Positions 1 to 9,057 of a stretch of 64,000 nt of DNA are shown in pieces. Location of the stretch: assembly GCA_022710975.1 (NCBI GenBank), contig JAKLGA010000011.1, positions 14,678-78,677 on the forward strand. Reading direction: 5' to 3'. Each line of letters begins with the position of its first letter. Positions within the stretch are counted from its first letter, which is position 1. The notes under the pieces are model-generated. The model was not told where the DNA came from. It saw only the letters and a program-made list of their open reading frames with translations, and made no database searches. This stretch comes from Myxococcota bacterium (GTDB lineage: Bacteria; Myxococcota; B64-G9). The translations under genes were made by a program, and so were the position numbers.

Positions 1-1
1 C

Positions 2-1126
2 GCCGATCAGGCCGGGCTGCTCCGCCGGCTGCTGGGCCGGCTGAACGTGTGCTCCAAGGAGTACTGGGTGCGCCAGTACGACCACGAGGTGCAGGCGGGC
101 AGCGTGCTGAAGCCGCTGTGCGGGCTCGAGGGCGACGGGCCCGCGGACGCGGCCGTGTTCCGGCCGCTGCTGGACGACTTCCGGGCGGTGGCCATCAGCC
201 ACGGGCTGTGCCCGCGCCTGTCCGACCTGGACGCCCACGCCATGGCCCAGGCGGCGGTGGACGAGGCGGTGCGCAACGCGGTGGCCGTGGGCGCCGACCC
301 GGACCGGCTGGCGGGCCTGGACAACTTCTGCTGGTGCGATCCGGTCGAGGGGCCCGGGAACCCGGACGGGGCCTTCAAGCTGGGGCAGCTCGTGCGCGCG
401 GCCCGCGGGCTGTACGAGCTGTGCGTGGCGTACGGCGTGCCGTGCATCTCGGGCAAGGACAGCATGAAGAACGACGCGGTGGTGGAGGGGCGGCGCATCA
501 GCATCCCGCCCACGCTGCTGTTCTCGGTGCTGGGGCTGATGGACGACGCGCGGCTGGCGGTCAGCATGGACGCGAAGCGGGCCGGGCACCGGGTGTACGT
601 GCTGGGGACGACCCGGCCCGAGCTGGGGGCGAGCGAGTACTTCGGGGCGGTGGGGCTCTTGGGGGGCGCGGCGCCGCGGGTGCGGGCGGCGGAGAACCTG
701 GCGCTGTACCGGGCGGTGCACCGGGCGATGCGGAGGGGGCTGGTGGCCTCGTGCCACGATTGCTCGGACGGGGGGCTGGGGGTGGCGCTGGCGGAGGTAG
801 CGTTCGCGGGCGGGCTGGGCCTCGACCTGGCGCTCTCCCAGGTGCCAGCCTCTTTGGACGCTTTGGACGCGGTCCACGTGCCAGCCTCTTTTCGGTGGCG
901 GGACGACCTGTTGCTCTACGCGGAGAGCGCCGGCCGCTTCGTGGCCACGGTGGCCGAGGAGCATGCGGCGGCCTTCGAGGACGAGCTGCGCGGCCTGGCG
1001 TCCGGCCAGGTGGGCGTGGTCATGGCCGAACCTCGGCTGCGGGTTCGCGGCTTGGCCGGCGGCGTCATCCTGGACGAGCCACTGGCCGAGCTCAAGCGGG
1101 CCTGGCAGGCCCCGCTGGCCCTCTAG
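2..1126 (+). CDS. purL: Phosphoribosylformylglycinamidine (FGAM) synthase subunit PurL, C-terminal part (5' end lies outside the window)
   Basis: The reading frame is open from base 2. It has the PurL signature 'ISGKDSMKN' and an AIR-synthase-related C-terminal domain. The TAG stop at 1124-1126 is immediately followed by the purQ ribosome-binding site. Confidence 0.85.
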   Translation, partial: ADQAGLLRRLLGRLNVCSKEYWVRQYDHEVQAGSVLKPLCGLEGDGPADAAVFRPLLDDFRAVAISHGLCPRLSDLDAHAMAQAAVDEAVRNAVAVGADPDRLAGLDNFCWCDPVEGPGNPDGAFKLGQLVRAARGLYELCVAYGVPCISGKDSMKNDAVVEGRRISIPPTLLFSVLGLMDDARLAVSMDAKRAGHRVYVLGTTRPELGASEYFGAVGLLGGAAPRVRAAENLALYRAVHRAMRRGLVASCHDCSDGGLGVALAEVAFAGGLGLDLALSQVPASLDALDAVHVPASFRWRDDLLLYAESAGRFVATVAEEHAAAFEDELRGLASGQVGVVMAEPRLRVRGLAGGVILDEPLAELKRAWQAPLAL

Positions 1127-1137
1127 GGAGACGACCC

Positions 1138-1950
1138 ATGGCCAAGGTGCGCGCCCTGGTGGTGAGCGGGAACGGGACGAACTGCGAGCGGGAGACGGCC
1201 GAGGCCTGTCGGCTGGGCGGGGCCGACGAGGTGGTGGTCTCTCCCATCTGGGACCTCAGCGCCGGCGAGACGCGCCTGCGAGACTTCCGCCTGCTGTGCC
1301 TGCCTGGCGGCTTCATGGACGGCGACGACCTGGGTTCGGCCCGGGCGGCGGCCAACCGCTGGCGCCATGCCCGCGTGGCTGGCGGTGAGCGGCGGCTGTG
1401 GGACGATCTGCGGGCGTTCGTCGAGGCCGGCGGGCTGGTCATCGGCATCTGCAACGGATTCCAGCTCCTGGTGAAGCTGGGGATGCTGCCACGGCTCGAG
1501 GCCGCCGAGCCCGTCCAGCGCGTGACGCTCACCTTCAACGCCTCGGGGCGTTTCGAGGATCGCTGGGTGACGCTGGTGGCCGAGCCGCGCTCGCCCTGCC
1601 TGTTCACCCGGGGGATCGAGCGGCTCGAGCTGCCGGTGCGGCACGGCGAGGGCCGGCTGGTGGGCGCACCCGAGGAGCTCGAGGCCCTGACCCGGGAGCA
1701 CCTGTGCCCGCTGCGCTACGCGGATCCGGCCACCGGCCAGCCGACCGAGCAGTACCCGCTCAACCCGAACGGCTCGCCGGGCGGCGTCGCGGCGCTGTGC
1801 GATCCGTCCGGGCGGCTGTTCGGGCTGATGCCCCACCCCGAGGCCTTCCTGCACCGGACCCTGCACCCGCGCTGGACGCGCGAGCCCGGGCTGCCCGAGG
1901 AGGGCGCGGGCGTGGCCATCTTCCGCAACGCCGTCCAGGCGCTGCGCTGA
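1138..1950 (+). CDS. purQ: FGAM synthase glutamine amidotransferase subunit PurQ
   Basis: The ATG at 1138 is preceded by GGGAG. 'MAKVRALVVSGNGTNCE...GICNGFQLL' is a class-I glutamine amidotransferase with the active-site Cys in the GICNGFQ context. The gene is adjacent to purL. Confidence 0.85.
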   Translation: MAKVRALVVSGNGTNCERETAEACRLGGADEVVVSPIWDLSAGETRLRDFRLLCLPGGFMDGDDLGSARAAANRWRHARVAGGERRLWDDLRAFVEAGGLVIGICNGFQLLVKLGMLPRLEAAEPVQRVTLTFNASGRFEDRWVTLVAEPRSPCLFTRGIERLELPVRHGEGRLVGAPEELEALTREHLCPLRYADPATGQPTEQYPLNPNGSPGGVAALCDPSGRLFGLMPHPEAFLHRTLHPRWTREPGLPEEGAGVAIFRNAVQALR

Positions 1951-1993
1951 GCGAGCCACGGATCGACTCCCCACGAGGGTTCGCGGAGGCACG

Positions 1994-2977
1994 TCAGGCT
2001 GGCGACAGCGCGGGCAGGCCCGGGGCGGGTGGGCCGAGCGAACCCAGGTAGTCGAGGGCGGGCGGGAAACAGTGCTCCGGGAAAACGGCGCCTGGTTCTC
2101 CGGCCCGCAGCCGCCGAGAGGCCTCCCGGAACATGGCGGCGAATGCCCGGTAGGCCTGCCTGAATGCGCGCAGGAGCTCCGGGCGTGAGGTGTGGCAAGC
2201 CGGCGCCCGCCGGCGCTTCACCTCGAGCGGAACCTGATGCGGCTCCTGCGCCAGGACGCGCGGGGCCCCGAGCGGGTGGGTGCCCAGCCTGGCGTGTCGC
2301 TTTCTTGTCTCCGCCTCGATGTCCGCGACGAGCGCCCGCGCCTTCTCCTGTCGCTCTGCCACCGGAAGCTCAGCCCAGAAGGGCAGGGGCGTGAGCGGCA
2401 CCTCGTACTCGATCTCCACCTCTTCGGTGGCGAGAGCGGCTCCACCACCGTCGCCGTTCCCTGCGGGCCTGGGCTTGCGGTGCAGGGCGGTGTGGTCGAT
2501 CCACACGCCCGTGAGCTTCTCACCGTGAAGGAGCGCGGGCAGGCAGGACGCCCCGGGCCAGTCCTCTGGCCGGAGCACCAGACCCTCCTTGCAGCCGTGG
2601 GAGAGGATGTACCGGACACGCGCGGCCAGGGCGTCCTGGTCGAGGATGGGGATGGAGTGGAAGCGGTCGGCCCAGAGGCGATCGCGCCAGCCGTGATGGC
2701 GGCAAGCGATGCGGGCGAGGCTGGAATCGAACCGGTTCATGAATCGGGAGATGTCAGCGAGGGTGGGGACCGAAAGGATGATGTGGAAGTGGTTGGAGGC
2801 AAAGGCGAAGATGTAGATGGCCACGCTCGGAAGCTGGGAGAGCGCGCGGCCGAGGGCGCCGAGGACGAGTCGGTTGAACTCGCGCGATGCCCGGAGCAGG
2901 GGTCGGCCCTGGATCGTGCGGTTGGTGATCTCGAACCAGACCTGTCCGTCGGGCCTGTATCGAAGTGGGCGTGCCAT
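1994..2977 (-). CDS. IS200/COG1943 (REP-associated tyrosine transposase-like) HuH transposase-domain protein with a C-terminal extension
   Basis: The ATG at 2977..2975 gives 'MARPLRYRPDGQVWFEITNRT...IYIFAFASNHFHIIL...RYILSH', which matches the Y1/HuH transposase core pattern (R.R...YH.T.R...NHxHhhL...Y). The longer ORF start at 3160 lacks this match. Confidence 0.55.
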   Translation of the reverse strand: MARPLRYRPDGQVWFEITNRTIQGRPLLRASREFNRLVLGALGRALSQLPSVAIYIFAFASNHFHIILSVPTLADISRFMNRFDSSLARIACRHHGWRDRLWADRFHSIPILDQDALAARVRYILSHGCKEGLVLRPEDWPGASCLPALLHGEKLTGVWIDHTALHRKPRPAGNGDGGGAALATEEVEIEYEVPLTPLPFWAELPVAERQEKARALVADIEAETRKRHARLGTHPLGAPRVLAQEPHQVPLEVKRRRAPACHTSRPELLRAFRQAYRAFAAMFREASRRLRAGEPGAVFPEHCFPPALDYLGSLGPPAPGLPALSPA

Positions 2978-3206
2978 TTCGTGCCGGCGAGAAGCAAGAG
3001 GCTTGCCAAGTCGAGTTGGAGAGGTTGCAGGCATGCGGCACGCGGCTGGATTGCGTAGTCGGAGCCGAGGGATGCGCGCGATCACCCCTCTCGCGCGAGC
3101 AGGTGTCAGCCACCTTGGGTGGCTGCTCGGTTGTCTATGGCGTGCCCGGATTACGGACACGGTGACTGAAATCCGGTCACGGCCAACGCGAGCTAGGCGG
3201 CGCGAA

Positions 3207-4172
3207 CTAGGCTGGCACCGGGGGAGCGGGGACGGATGAGTCCGGCCCGGCCCCGGCTGCGCCTGAGATGACGCGCGCGGTCCATTCGGGCGACTCCACC
3301 TGCGGGGCCCCGCCGGCCCGCTCGGCCACGAACAGCTCGGCCCCGGGCAGCAGCTGGGTCAGCCGGCGGCCCTGCGCCGGCGGCGCCAGAGGATCCCGGT
3401 CGCCGTGCACCAGCTTCAGGGCCGCGGGGAAGCTCGCGCCCGAGGCCGCCAGGGCCTGCAGCCGCGCGAGCACGTCGCGGCGGTAGCCAGGTGCCAGCGT
3501 CTGGGCGAGCAGCCGGGCGCGGGTCCGGGCGGCGGGCAGGCTGGCCCAGCCGCGGGCCAGCTCCCGGAGCTCCTGGCGCGAGAGCACGGTGGGGTCGGCG
3601 TAGGCCAGCATCTCCAGCGCGGCCCGGGTCGGATCCTTGTGGGTCCGCCGGGCCCAGCGCTCGGCGCCGCCGCTTCGGTTCAGCCAGAACCCCCGCAGCC
3701 GGGCGCTGGCCGGGAGCTGGGTGCAGACCCCCAGCGTCACCAGCGTGCCCACCGCCTGGGGCCGCTCGAGCGCCAGGCACAGGCCGGCCAGGCCGAGCTC
3801 GGCGTGGCCCACCACGGTCGGGGTGACCAGACCCAGGGCCTGGATGATCTCGGCCACGAGCGCGGCGAGCGCGGCCGGCGTGGCGTCCCCGCCCGGGAGG
3901 AGCGGCTCGGCCTCCGCGGGCACGAGCTCGGGCACCACCGCCCGGCAGCGTGCCGCCTGGAGGCGGGAGAGCAAGGCGCGGAAGGTGAAGCCGGTGGTCC
4001 ACAGCCCGTGCAGCAAGAGCACCGGCCGGCCCGCTCCCAGCTCGCGGTAGACCACCCGCCGGGGGCGCGTTCCGCCCGCGGCCGGCGGCAGCTCCAGGCT
4101 GCGCGCGGGGACGAGGAAGTAGGGGTGTTCCTCGGAGGGGAGCTCGGGGATGGCGGCGAGGCTGGGTCGCAC
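3207..4172 (-). CDS. alpha/beta-hydrolase fold protein
   Basis: A GTG start at 4172 gives 'LLLHGLWTTGFTF...VVGHAELGLAG', with the nucleophile-elbow-like G-H-A-E-L-G and a typical AB-hydrolase length. There is no strong ribosome-binding site. Confidence 0.65.
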   Translation of the reverse strand: MRPSLAAIPELPSEEHPYFLVPARSLELPPAAGGTRPRRVVYRELGAGRPVLLLHGLWTTGFTFRALLSRLQAARCRAVVPELVPAEAEPLLPGGDATPAALAALVAEIIQALGLVTPTVVGHAELGLAGLCLALERPQAVGTLVTLGVCTQLPASARLRGFWLNRSGGAERWARRTHKDPTRAALEMLAYADPTVLSRQELRELARGWASLPAARTRARLLAQTLAPGYRRDVLARLQALAASGASFPAALKLVHGDRDPLAPPAQGRRLTQLLPGAELFVAERAGGAPQVESPEWTARVISGAAGAGPDSSVPAPPVPA

Positions 4173-4203
4173 GGGCCCTTGTGTACACCCACCCGCCGGG
4201 GAC

Positions 4204-4234
4204 TTGCAAGGGCTTGTGCCCGGGTGGTAGGAAT
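4204..4234 (+). promoter_or_regulatory. candidate sigma-70-type promoter (TTGCAA-N18-TAGGAAT) upstream of the VWA lipoprotein gene
   Basis: The -35 TTGCAA lies at 4204-4209 and the -10 TAGGAAT at 4228-4234, about 55 nt before the start codon. Confidence 0.3.
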
Positions 4235-4288
4235 GAATCCGGCTCTCTATCCACGCGGCGTTCTTACGGCTGGAACCTGGAGGCAGGT

Positions 4289-6025
4289 ATGCGCATGAGG
4301 CACATGAATGTGAGGGCGCTGGCGGTGCTCGGGCTCCTGCTCGGAGTCGGGGCCGGGTGCGACGAGACCCGGTTCAACCGCATCGAGACCCAGAAGGACA
4401 CGTTCCTCCAGGACGGCACCCAGGTCGTCGAGCAATTCATCCAGGACGGCACCGCCAAGGTGGACACCTACGCCCAGACGGGCTTCCACCAGGTGGACGC
4501 CTTCGTGCAGAAGGCCGCGGCCGAGGTGGACATCCTGTGGGTGGTGGACAACTCGCCGTCCATGCTCCAGGAACAGCAGAACCTCGGTGACAACTTCACG
4601 GCCTTCATCGGGTACATCGACACCAGCCTGATCGACTACCACATCGGGGTCATCGCCATGGATATGGAGGACCCCACCCACCAGGGCAAGCTGGTGGGCA
4701 CCACCAAGGTCATCACCCGGCAGACGCCCGGCGCGGCGGCCGTGTTCGAGGACAACATCAACGTCGGCACCACCGGCGGCGGCTTCGAGATGGGCATCCT
4801 GGCCGCCCACGACGCCCTCAGCGAGCCGCTGCTGTCCGGGGCCAACGCGGGCTTCCTGCGCGACACCGCCTCGCTGGCGGTCATCTTCGTGTCCGACGAG
4901 GACGACCACTCCTACGGCGGGGTGACCTACTACAAGCGCTTCTTCACCACCCTCAAGGACGTGGGCAACGAGCGCCGGGTGATCATGGCCGCCATCGTGG
5001 GCGAGAACCCGGACGGTTGCAGCGGCGCCGCCGGCGAGGCCGCCCCGGGCGCGCGCTACCTCGAGCTGGTGCAGGCCCTGGGCGGCAGCTCGGCCTCCAT
5101 CTGCGCCGCGGACTTCTCCGTGACCCTGTCCCAGCTCGGCCTGACCGTGGCCGGCCTGGGGCGCAAGTTCGTGCTGTCCCAGGCCCCGGATCCCAGCTCG
5201 ATCGTGGTGAGGGTGCGCGCCGCGGGGGCGCAGGACTGGGTCGAGATCACCGAGAGCCCGGCCACCGGCTGGCGCCTGGATCAGGGCGAGAACGCCATCT
5301 ACTTCGACGGCTCCTACGTGCCGCCGCCCGAGGCGGACATCGAGGTCGAGTACTCCAACTCCCAGTACGAGTTCCCCATGTCGGGGCGCGGCGATCCCGA
5401 GACGCTGGTGGTGACCGTGGACGCGGACGGCGACGGCCCGGGCCTGCCGGTGACCCAGACCGAGAGCACCGACTACGTCTACGACGCGGCCTCCAACACC
5501 ATCCGCTTCCTGGACGGGCACGTGCCGCCGCTGGGCGCCACGGTGGAGATCTCCTACGCCTCCCTGCGGCGCTCCTTCGCGCTGGGGCAGGAGGTGGAGA
5601 ACCCGGAGACCCTGCGGGTGGACGTGGATCTGAAGGACGGCAACGGCTACCGCCAGGTGCTGCGCGACGAGGCGACCGGCTGGCTGTTCGACTCGGCCGG
5701 CAACGCCGTCCTGTTCCAGGGCAACTTCGTGCCGCCGCTCGGCTCCGACATCCGGGTGTCCTTCTCCAACCTGCGCTGGCTGTTCCCGCTCACCCGCGTG
5801 CCGGTCTCCGGGACCCTGGTGGTGACCCTGGACAACGACGGGGACGGGCCCCTCGAGGTGATCGAGGTGCCGGTGGACGATCCCGCCGGCGCCCCGGGCT
5901 ACATCTACTACGGCACCACCGAGCCTGCGCCCTACACGAACTCCATCAGCTTCGAGAAGCTCGAGTGGCCTCCGCTGGGCGCGGTGGTGACCGCGGTGTA
6001 CCGGCCGAGCGCCATCGCCCCGTGA
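4289..6025 (+). CDS. lipoprotein with a von Willebrand factor A (VWA) domain
   Basis: The ATG at 4289 follows GGAGG at a 5-nt spacing. The signal peptide plus lipobox is 'LLGVGAGC'. The MIDAS-like motif 'DILWVVDNSPSM' (DxSxS) is followed by a beta-rich C-terminal region. Confidence 0.7.
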   Translation: MRMRHMNVRALAVLGLLLGVGAGCDETRFNRIETQKDTFLQDGTQVVEQFIQDGTAKVDTYAQTGFHQVDAFVQKAAAEVDILWVVDNSPSMLQEQQNLGDNFTAFIGYIDTSLIDYHIGVIAMDMEDPTHQGKLVGTTKVITRQTPGAAAVFEDNINVGTTGGGFEMGILAAHDALSEPLLSGANAGFLRDTASLAVIFVSDEDDHSYGGVTYYKRFFTTLKDVGNERRVIMAAIVGENPDGCSGAAGEAAPGARYLELVQALGGSSASICAADFSVTLSQLGLTVAGLGRKFVLSQAPDPSSIVVRVRAAGAQDWVEITESPATGWRLDQGENAIYFDGSYVPPPEADIEVEYSNSQYEFPMSGRGDPETLVVTVDADGDGPGLPVTQTESTDYVYDAASNTIRFLDGHVPPLGATVEISYASLRRSFALGQEVENPETLRVDVDLKDGNGYRQVLRDEATGWLFDSAGNAVLFQGNFVPPLGSDIRVSFSNLRWLFPLTRVPVSGTLVVTLDNDGDGPLEVIEVPVDDPAGAPGYIYYGTTEPAPYTNSISFEKLEWPPLGAVVTAVYRPSAIAP

Positions 6026-6036
6026 GGAGGACGGTC

Positions 6037-7533
6037 ATGCGCACTGCCATCACCCTGACGACGCTCGCCCTGCTCTCCACCCTCGCGGGCTGCGAGGGGG
6101 AGGAGATCGCCGGCAACTGCAAGCGCGACTCCGACTGCATGGCCGGCTACCGCTGCTCGCTCGACCACCAGTGCCTGTGTACCATCGATCAGGCCTGCCT
6201 GGAGGGCGAGTACTGCAACGCCGACGGCTTCTGCCAGCGCTACACGGGCTGCCGCACGGATCCGGACTGCGGCCTGCCGGCCGGCGCCTGGCGCTGCCAG
6301 ATCACCGCCGCGGGCTCGGGTCAGTGCCTGTGCCTGACCAACGAGGCCTGCACCGGGGAGCAGGTGTGCAACACCTCCGGCTCCTGCCAGGACAAGGCCG
6401 GCTGCGTGCTGGACGGGGACTGCGGCGATCCCAGCCTGTTCCAGTGCCGCATCAACCCCGAGACCAGCATCGGGGAGTGCTTCTGCAAGGTGGACGGCGC
6501 CTGCCAGGACAACGAGTTCTGCAACTTCTACGGCTACTGCCAGCCGCGCACCACCTGCGCCACCAACGAGGACTGCCCGGCCGGCCGCTTCTGCAACGTG
6601 GCCGACGGCGAGTGCCTGTGCAACTCCGAGGCCCAGACCGGCTGCCGCTCGGACGAGGTGTGCAACGCCTCGGGCTTCTGCCAGCCGCGGCCCGGCTGCT
6701 ACGACAACGCGGACTGCGTGGACATCGCCGGCACCTTCTGCGACTACACCACCCGCACCTGCGTGCCCGAGGGGACCTGCTCGGCCAGCACCCAGTGCCC
6801 GCTGGGCCAGGTGTGCAGCCAGCGCGTGTGCACCACCGGCTGCAACAGCTCCGACGACTGCGAGCTCGATCAGCGCTGCAGCAACTTCCAGTGCGTGACC
6901 GGCTGCCAGTCGGACGAGTTCTGCGACTTCATCGAGTTCTGCACCGACGGCACCTGCACCTCGGCCTACTCGGCCGCCAATCCGTTCTGCAAGGCGTGCG
7001 CGGGCGGCGGAGACATCCTGGGCTGCGGCACGCGCGGCAACTCCTGCCTGATCTACCCGTACACCGGCGACCCGTTCGCCAACGCGGGCAACGAGGACTA
7101 CTGCGCCCCGGACTGCTCGGGCGGCCAGCGCTGCCCGCAGGGCTTCGAGTGCAGCACCGTCATCACCATCAAGCAGAGCGACCTGTGCCAGACCAACGCC
7201 GACTGCCCCTCGGGCTTGCCCTGCCTGAAGAGCGCCGAGGAGGATCAGGGCTTCTGCCCCTGCGCGGCGAACAACACCTGCCCCTCCAACACCTGCCTGA
7301 CCGGCGACACCTGCGGCATGAGCGGGAAGTGCTTCGCGCTGAGCATGTCGGGCATCGACCTGCCCTGCTCGACGGCCGCGGACTGCAACATCTGCACCGT
7401 GACCATGGACCACTGCATGACCAACGCGGACTGCCAGGCCATCAGCTGCGAGCTGTACGACGGCGTGAACTACGGCGGCTGCGTGAGCGCCAAGGCCTGC
7501 GGCCTGGTCGAGGGCATGCACTGCGATCCCTGA
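6037..7533 (+). CDS. Myxococcus-type cysteine-rich repeat lipoprotein
   Basis: The ATG at 6037 is preceded by GAGGAGG. The lipobox is 'STLAGC'. More than ten repeats of 'C..D.DC....C.....QC.C' are present. The gene starts 12 nt after the VWA gene stop, so the two are probably co-transcribed. Confidence 0.75.
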   Translation: MRTAITLTTLALLSTLAGCEGEEIAGNCKRDSDCMAGYRCSLDHQCLCTIDQACLEGEYCNADGFCQRYTGCRTDPDCGLPAGAWRCQITAAGSGQCLCLTNEACTGEQVCNTSGSCQDKAGCVLDGDCGDPSLFQCRINPETSIGECFCKVDGACQDNEFCNFYGYCQPRTTCATNEDCPAGRFCNVADGECLCNSEAQTGCRSDEVCNASGFCQPRPGCYDNADCVDIAGTFCDYTTRTCVPEGTCSASTQCPLGQVCSQRVCTTGCNSSDDCELDQRCSNFQCVTGCQSDEFCDFIEFCTDGTCTSAYSAANPFCKACAGGGDILGCGTRGNSCLIYPYTGDPFANAGNEDYCAPDCSGGQRCPQGFECSTVITIKQSDLCQTNADCPSGLPCLKSAEEDQGFCPCAANNTCPSNTCLTGDTCGMSGKCFALSMSGIDLPCSTAADCNICTVTMDHCMTNADCQAISCELYDGVNYGGCVSAKACGLVEGMHCDP

Positions 7534-7597
7534 GCCCGCGTTTCTTCGGAAAAACCTGAACTGACGGTGCGTTGCAGGTGGCTGGCACCTGGCGCGG

Positions 7598-8896
7598 CTA
7601 CTGCACGGAGTGGAACAGGAAGGGGTAGGTGACCAGCACCTCCCCGCCTCCGCGGGGCCGGGGGAAGCGCAGCCGGCGCAAGCTGCGCAGCAGGCAGGCC
7701 TCGAGATCCGCGCTCTCCGCGGTCGACTGCAGCACGCTCGCCTCGGCCACCCGGCCCTCGGGCCCGATGGTGAAGGTGGTGACCACCTTGCCGCGCAGAT
7801 CCGGCGTCCGGCCGAGCTGCTGCTCGTAGCAGTACTTGAACTGCAGCCAGTGGGCCTGCATGTGCGCGGCCACCACCCCCCTGGGCAGCCCGCCCAGGAT
7901 GCGGGTGCGCCGCTCGTCCACCTCGACCCCCAGCCGCTCGCGGTGGTCGAGGGGCGCTTGGTCCATGGCCGGGCCGCCGTCCGGCCCGCCGCTCCAGCGC
8001 CCGTCGCCGCCGAGCCCCAGCGGAGCGCCACCCGGGGGGCCGCCGCGCAGGCCCGGGGCGCCGACGCCGCCGCCCGGGGGCCCGCTCGGGCCGGCGAGCT
8101 GCGCGAGCTGCGCGTCGAGATCCGCGGGCTGCGCCCCGCCGAGCAGGTTCCCGCCCGGGCCGCCGCCGCCCCGCTGCCGGAGCAGGGCCAGGATGCCCGC
8201 GTCGGCCACGACCTGCTCGTCCCGCCGGCGACGCTCCTCGGGGCGGAGCACCGCCGCGGCCCCCTCGGGCCGGCGACGCGGGGCGGCCCGGACGGGGCGC
8301 GCCCGGGGCTGCGCCTCCTCGATGAGCGCGAAGCGCGGCCGCGCTCGCTCCGGGGCGGCGGGCGGCGCCAAGGAGGCCAGGCGCCCCGGGCTGACCAGGT
8401 AGGCGTCCGCCTCGCGCGCCTGCCCGGGGGTGGCCTGGATCATGGCCCACACCCCCAGGGCCACCAGGCAGGCGCTCGCCAGCCAGGCCCCGGCCGAGGA
8501 GTCGCGCCCCCGCAGCCCGGCCCCGCGCGCGGGCCGCGCCGCCGGCACCCAGCGCAGGCGCACCTCGGCCTGGCCCAGCCCCACGCGCGCCTCCTGCCCG
8601 GGCCGGAGCTCCCAGCCGAAGTCGCTCAGCCCCGCCGGCAGCCCCAGCTCCACGGGCCGACCGCCAGCGCGAACCGAGAACCCCATCCCGGCGGCCAGCC
8701 GCAGGCGGGCGCCGTCCTCGCCCAGCGCCTCCACCAGGGTCCAGGCCGGCGCGGGCAGCGCCAGGCCGGGCACGCCGAGCGCCTCCGGCGCGCCCTGGCC
8801 CAGCACCACGCGCTCGCCCGCGCGGTGGTGCCGCACCGCCAGCGTGCTGCGGCCCCAGCGCACGGCCACCTCGAGCAGTCGTTCCCCTGCGCCCAT
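7598..8896 (-). CDS. membrane protein with a Pro/Gly/Arg-rich linker and an AgmX/PglI-like (TonB-C-like) C-terminal domain
   Basis: The ATG at 8896 follows GGAGG; the ORF's longest start is 8980. A single transmembrane segment 'AWLASACLVALGVWAMIQA' is followed by a low-complexity linker. The C-terminus 'HMQAHWLQFKYCYEQQLGR...VLVTYPFLF' resembles the AgmX/PglI domain. Confidence 0.6.
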   Translation of the reverse strand: MGAGERLLEVAVRWGRSTLAVRHHRAGERVVLGQGAPEALGVPGLALPAPAWTLVEALGEDGARLRLAAGMGFSVRAGGRPVELGLPAGLSDFGWELRPGQEARVGLGQAEVRLRWVPAARPARGAGLRGRDSSAGAWLASACLVALGVWAMIQATPGQAREADAYLVSPGRLASLAPPAAPERARPRFALIEEAQPRARPVRAAPRRRPEGAAAVLRPEERRRRDEQVVADAGILALLRQRGGGGPGGNLLGGAQPADLDAQLAQLAGPSGPPGGGVGAPGLRGGPPGGAPLGLGGDGRWSGGPDGGPAMDQAPLDHRERLGVEVDERRTRILGGLPRGVVAAHMQAHWLQFKYCYEQQLGRTPDLRGKVVTTFTIGPEGRVAEASVLQSTAESADLEACLLRSLRRLRFPRPRGGGEVLVTYPFLFHSVQ

Positions 8897-9057
8897 CGGG
8901 CCATACCTCCCCCGCGCGGGGCGTGGGCTGAACTGCCCGCGCGGCCGTCGCGGCGCTCCGTCGTTCGGCCGCTGCGACAAGCGCCGGGGGGAGGATGTTC
9001 CCGGCCCTTGCCAGGCGGCCCGGGGGCCAGGTAGGGTCTGTGGGCGGAGGGAGCTCC

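Noticed and set aside
49-1950. 633-aa plus-strand ORF spanning the purL-purQ region
   Set aside because: It has a Gly/Arg/Ala-rich low-complexity N-terminus typical of off-frame translation of GC-rich DNA. Only its last 813 nt (purQ, starting from the ATG at 1138) are a real gene, and the upstream part is out of frame relative to purL.
2192-3058. 288-aa plus-strand ORF antisense to the HuH transposase gene
   Set aside because: It has no domain signature and lies antisense to a gene with a clear family match. It is a GC-artefact ORF.
3193-4254. 353-aa minus-strand ORF overlapping the alpha/beta hydrolase in another frame
   Set aside because: Its composition is Pro/Arg/Gly-rich nonsense. The overlapping frame carries the hydrolase motifs.
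5017-6036. 5' extension of the ORF containing the cysteine-rich lipoprotein
   Set aside because: The extension is low-complexity and overlaps the VWA gene. The real start is the ATG at 6037, which has a GAGGAGG ribosome-binding site followed by a signal peptide and lipobox.
7560-7600. TGGCAC-containing sequence 'ggtggcTGGCACctggcgcggct' that resembles a sigma-54 -24 box
   Set aside because: There is no TTGC -12 element at the required spacing. It also lies in a 64-bp convergent gap with no downstream gene to drive.
5932-8031. 699-aa minus-strand ORF antisense to the cysteine-rich lipoprotein
   Set aside because: It is Ala/Gly-rich antisense translation of a Cys-codon-rich gene. It has no ribosome-binding site or domain.
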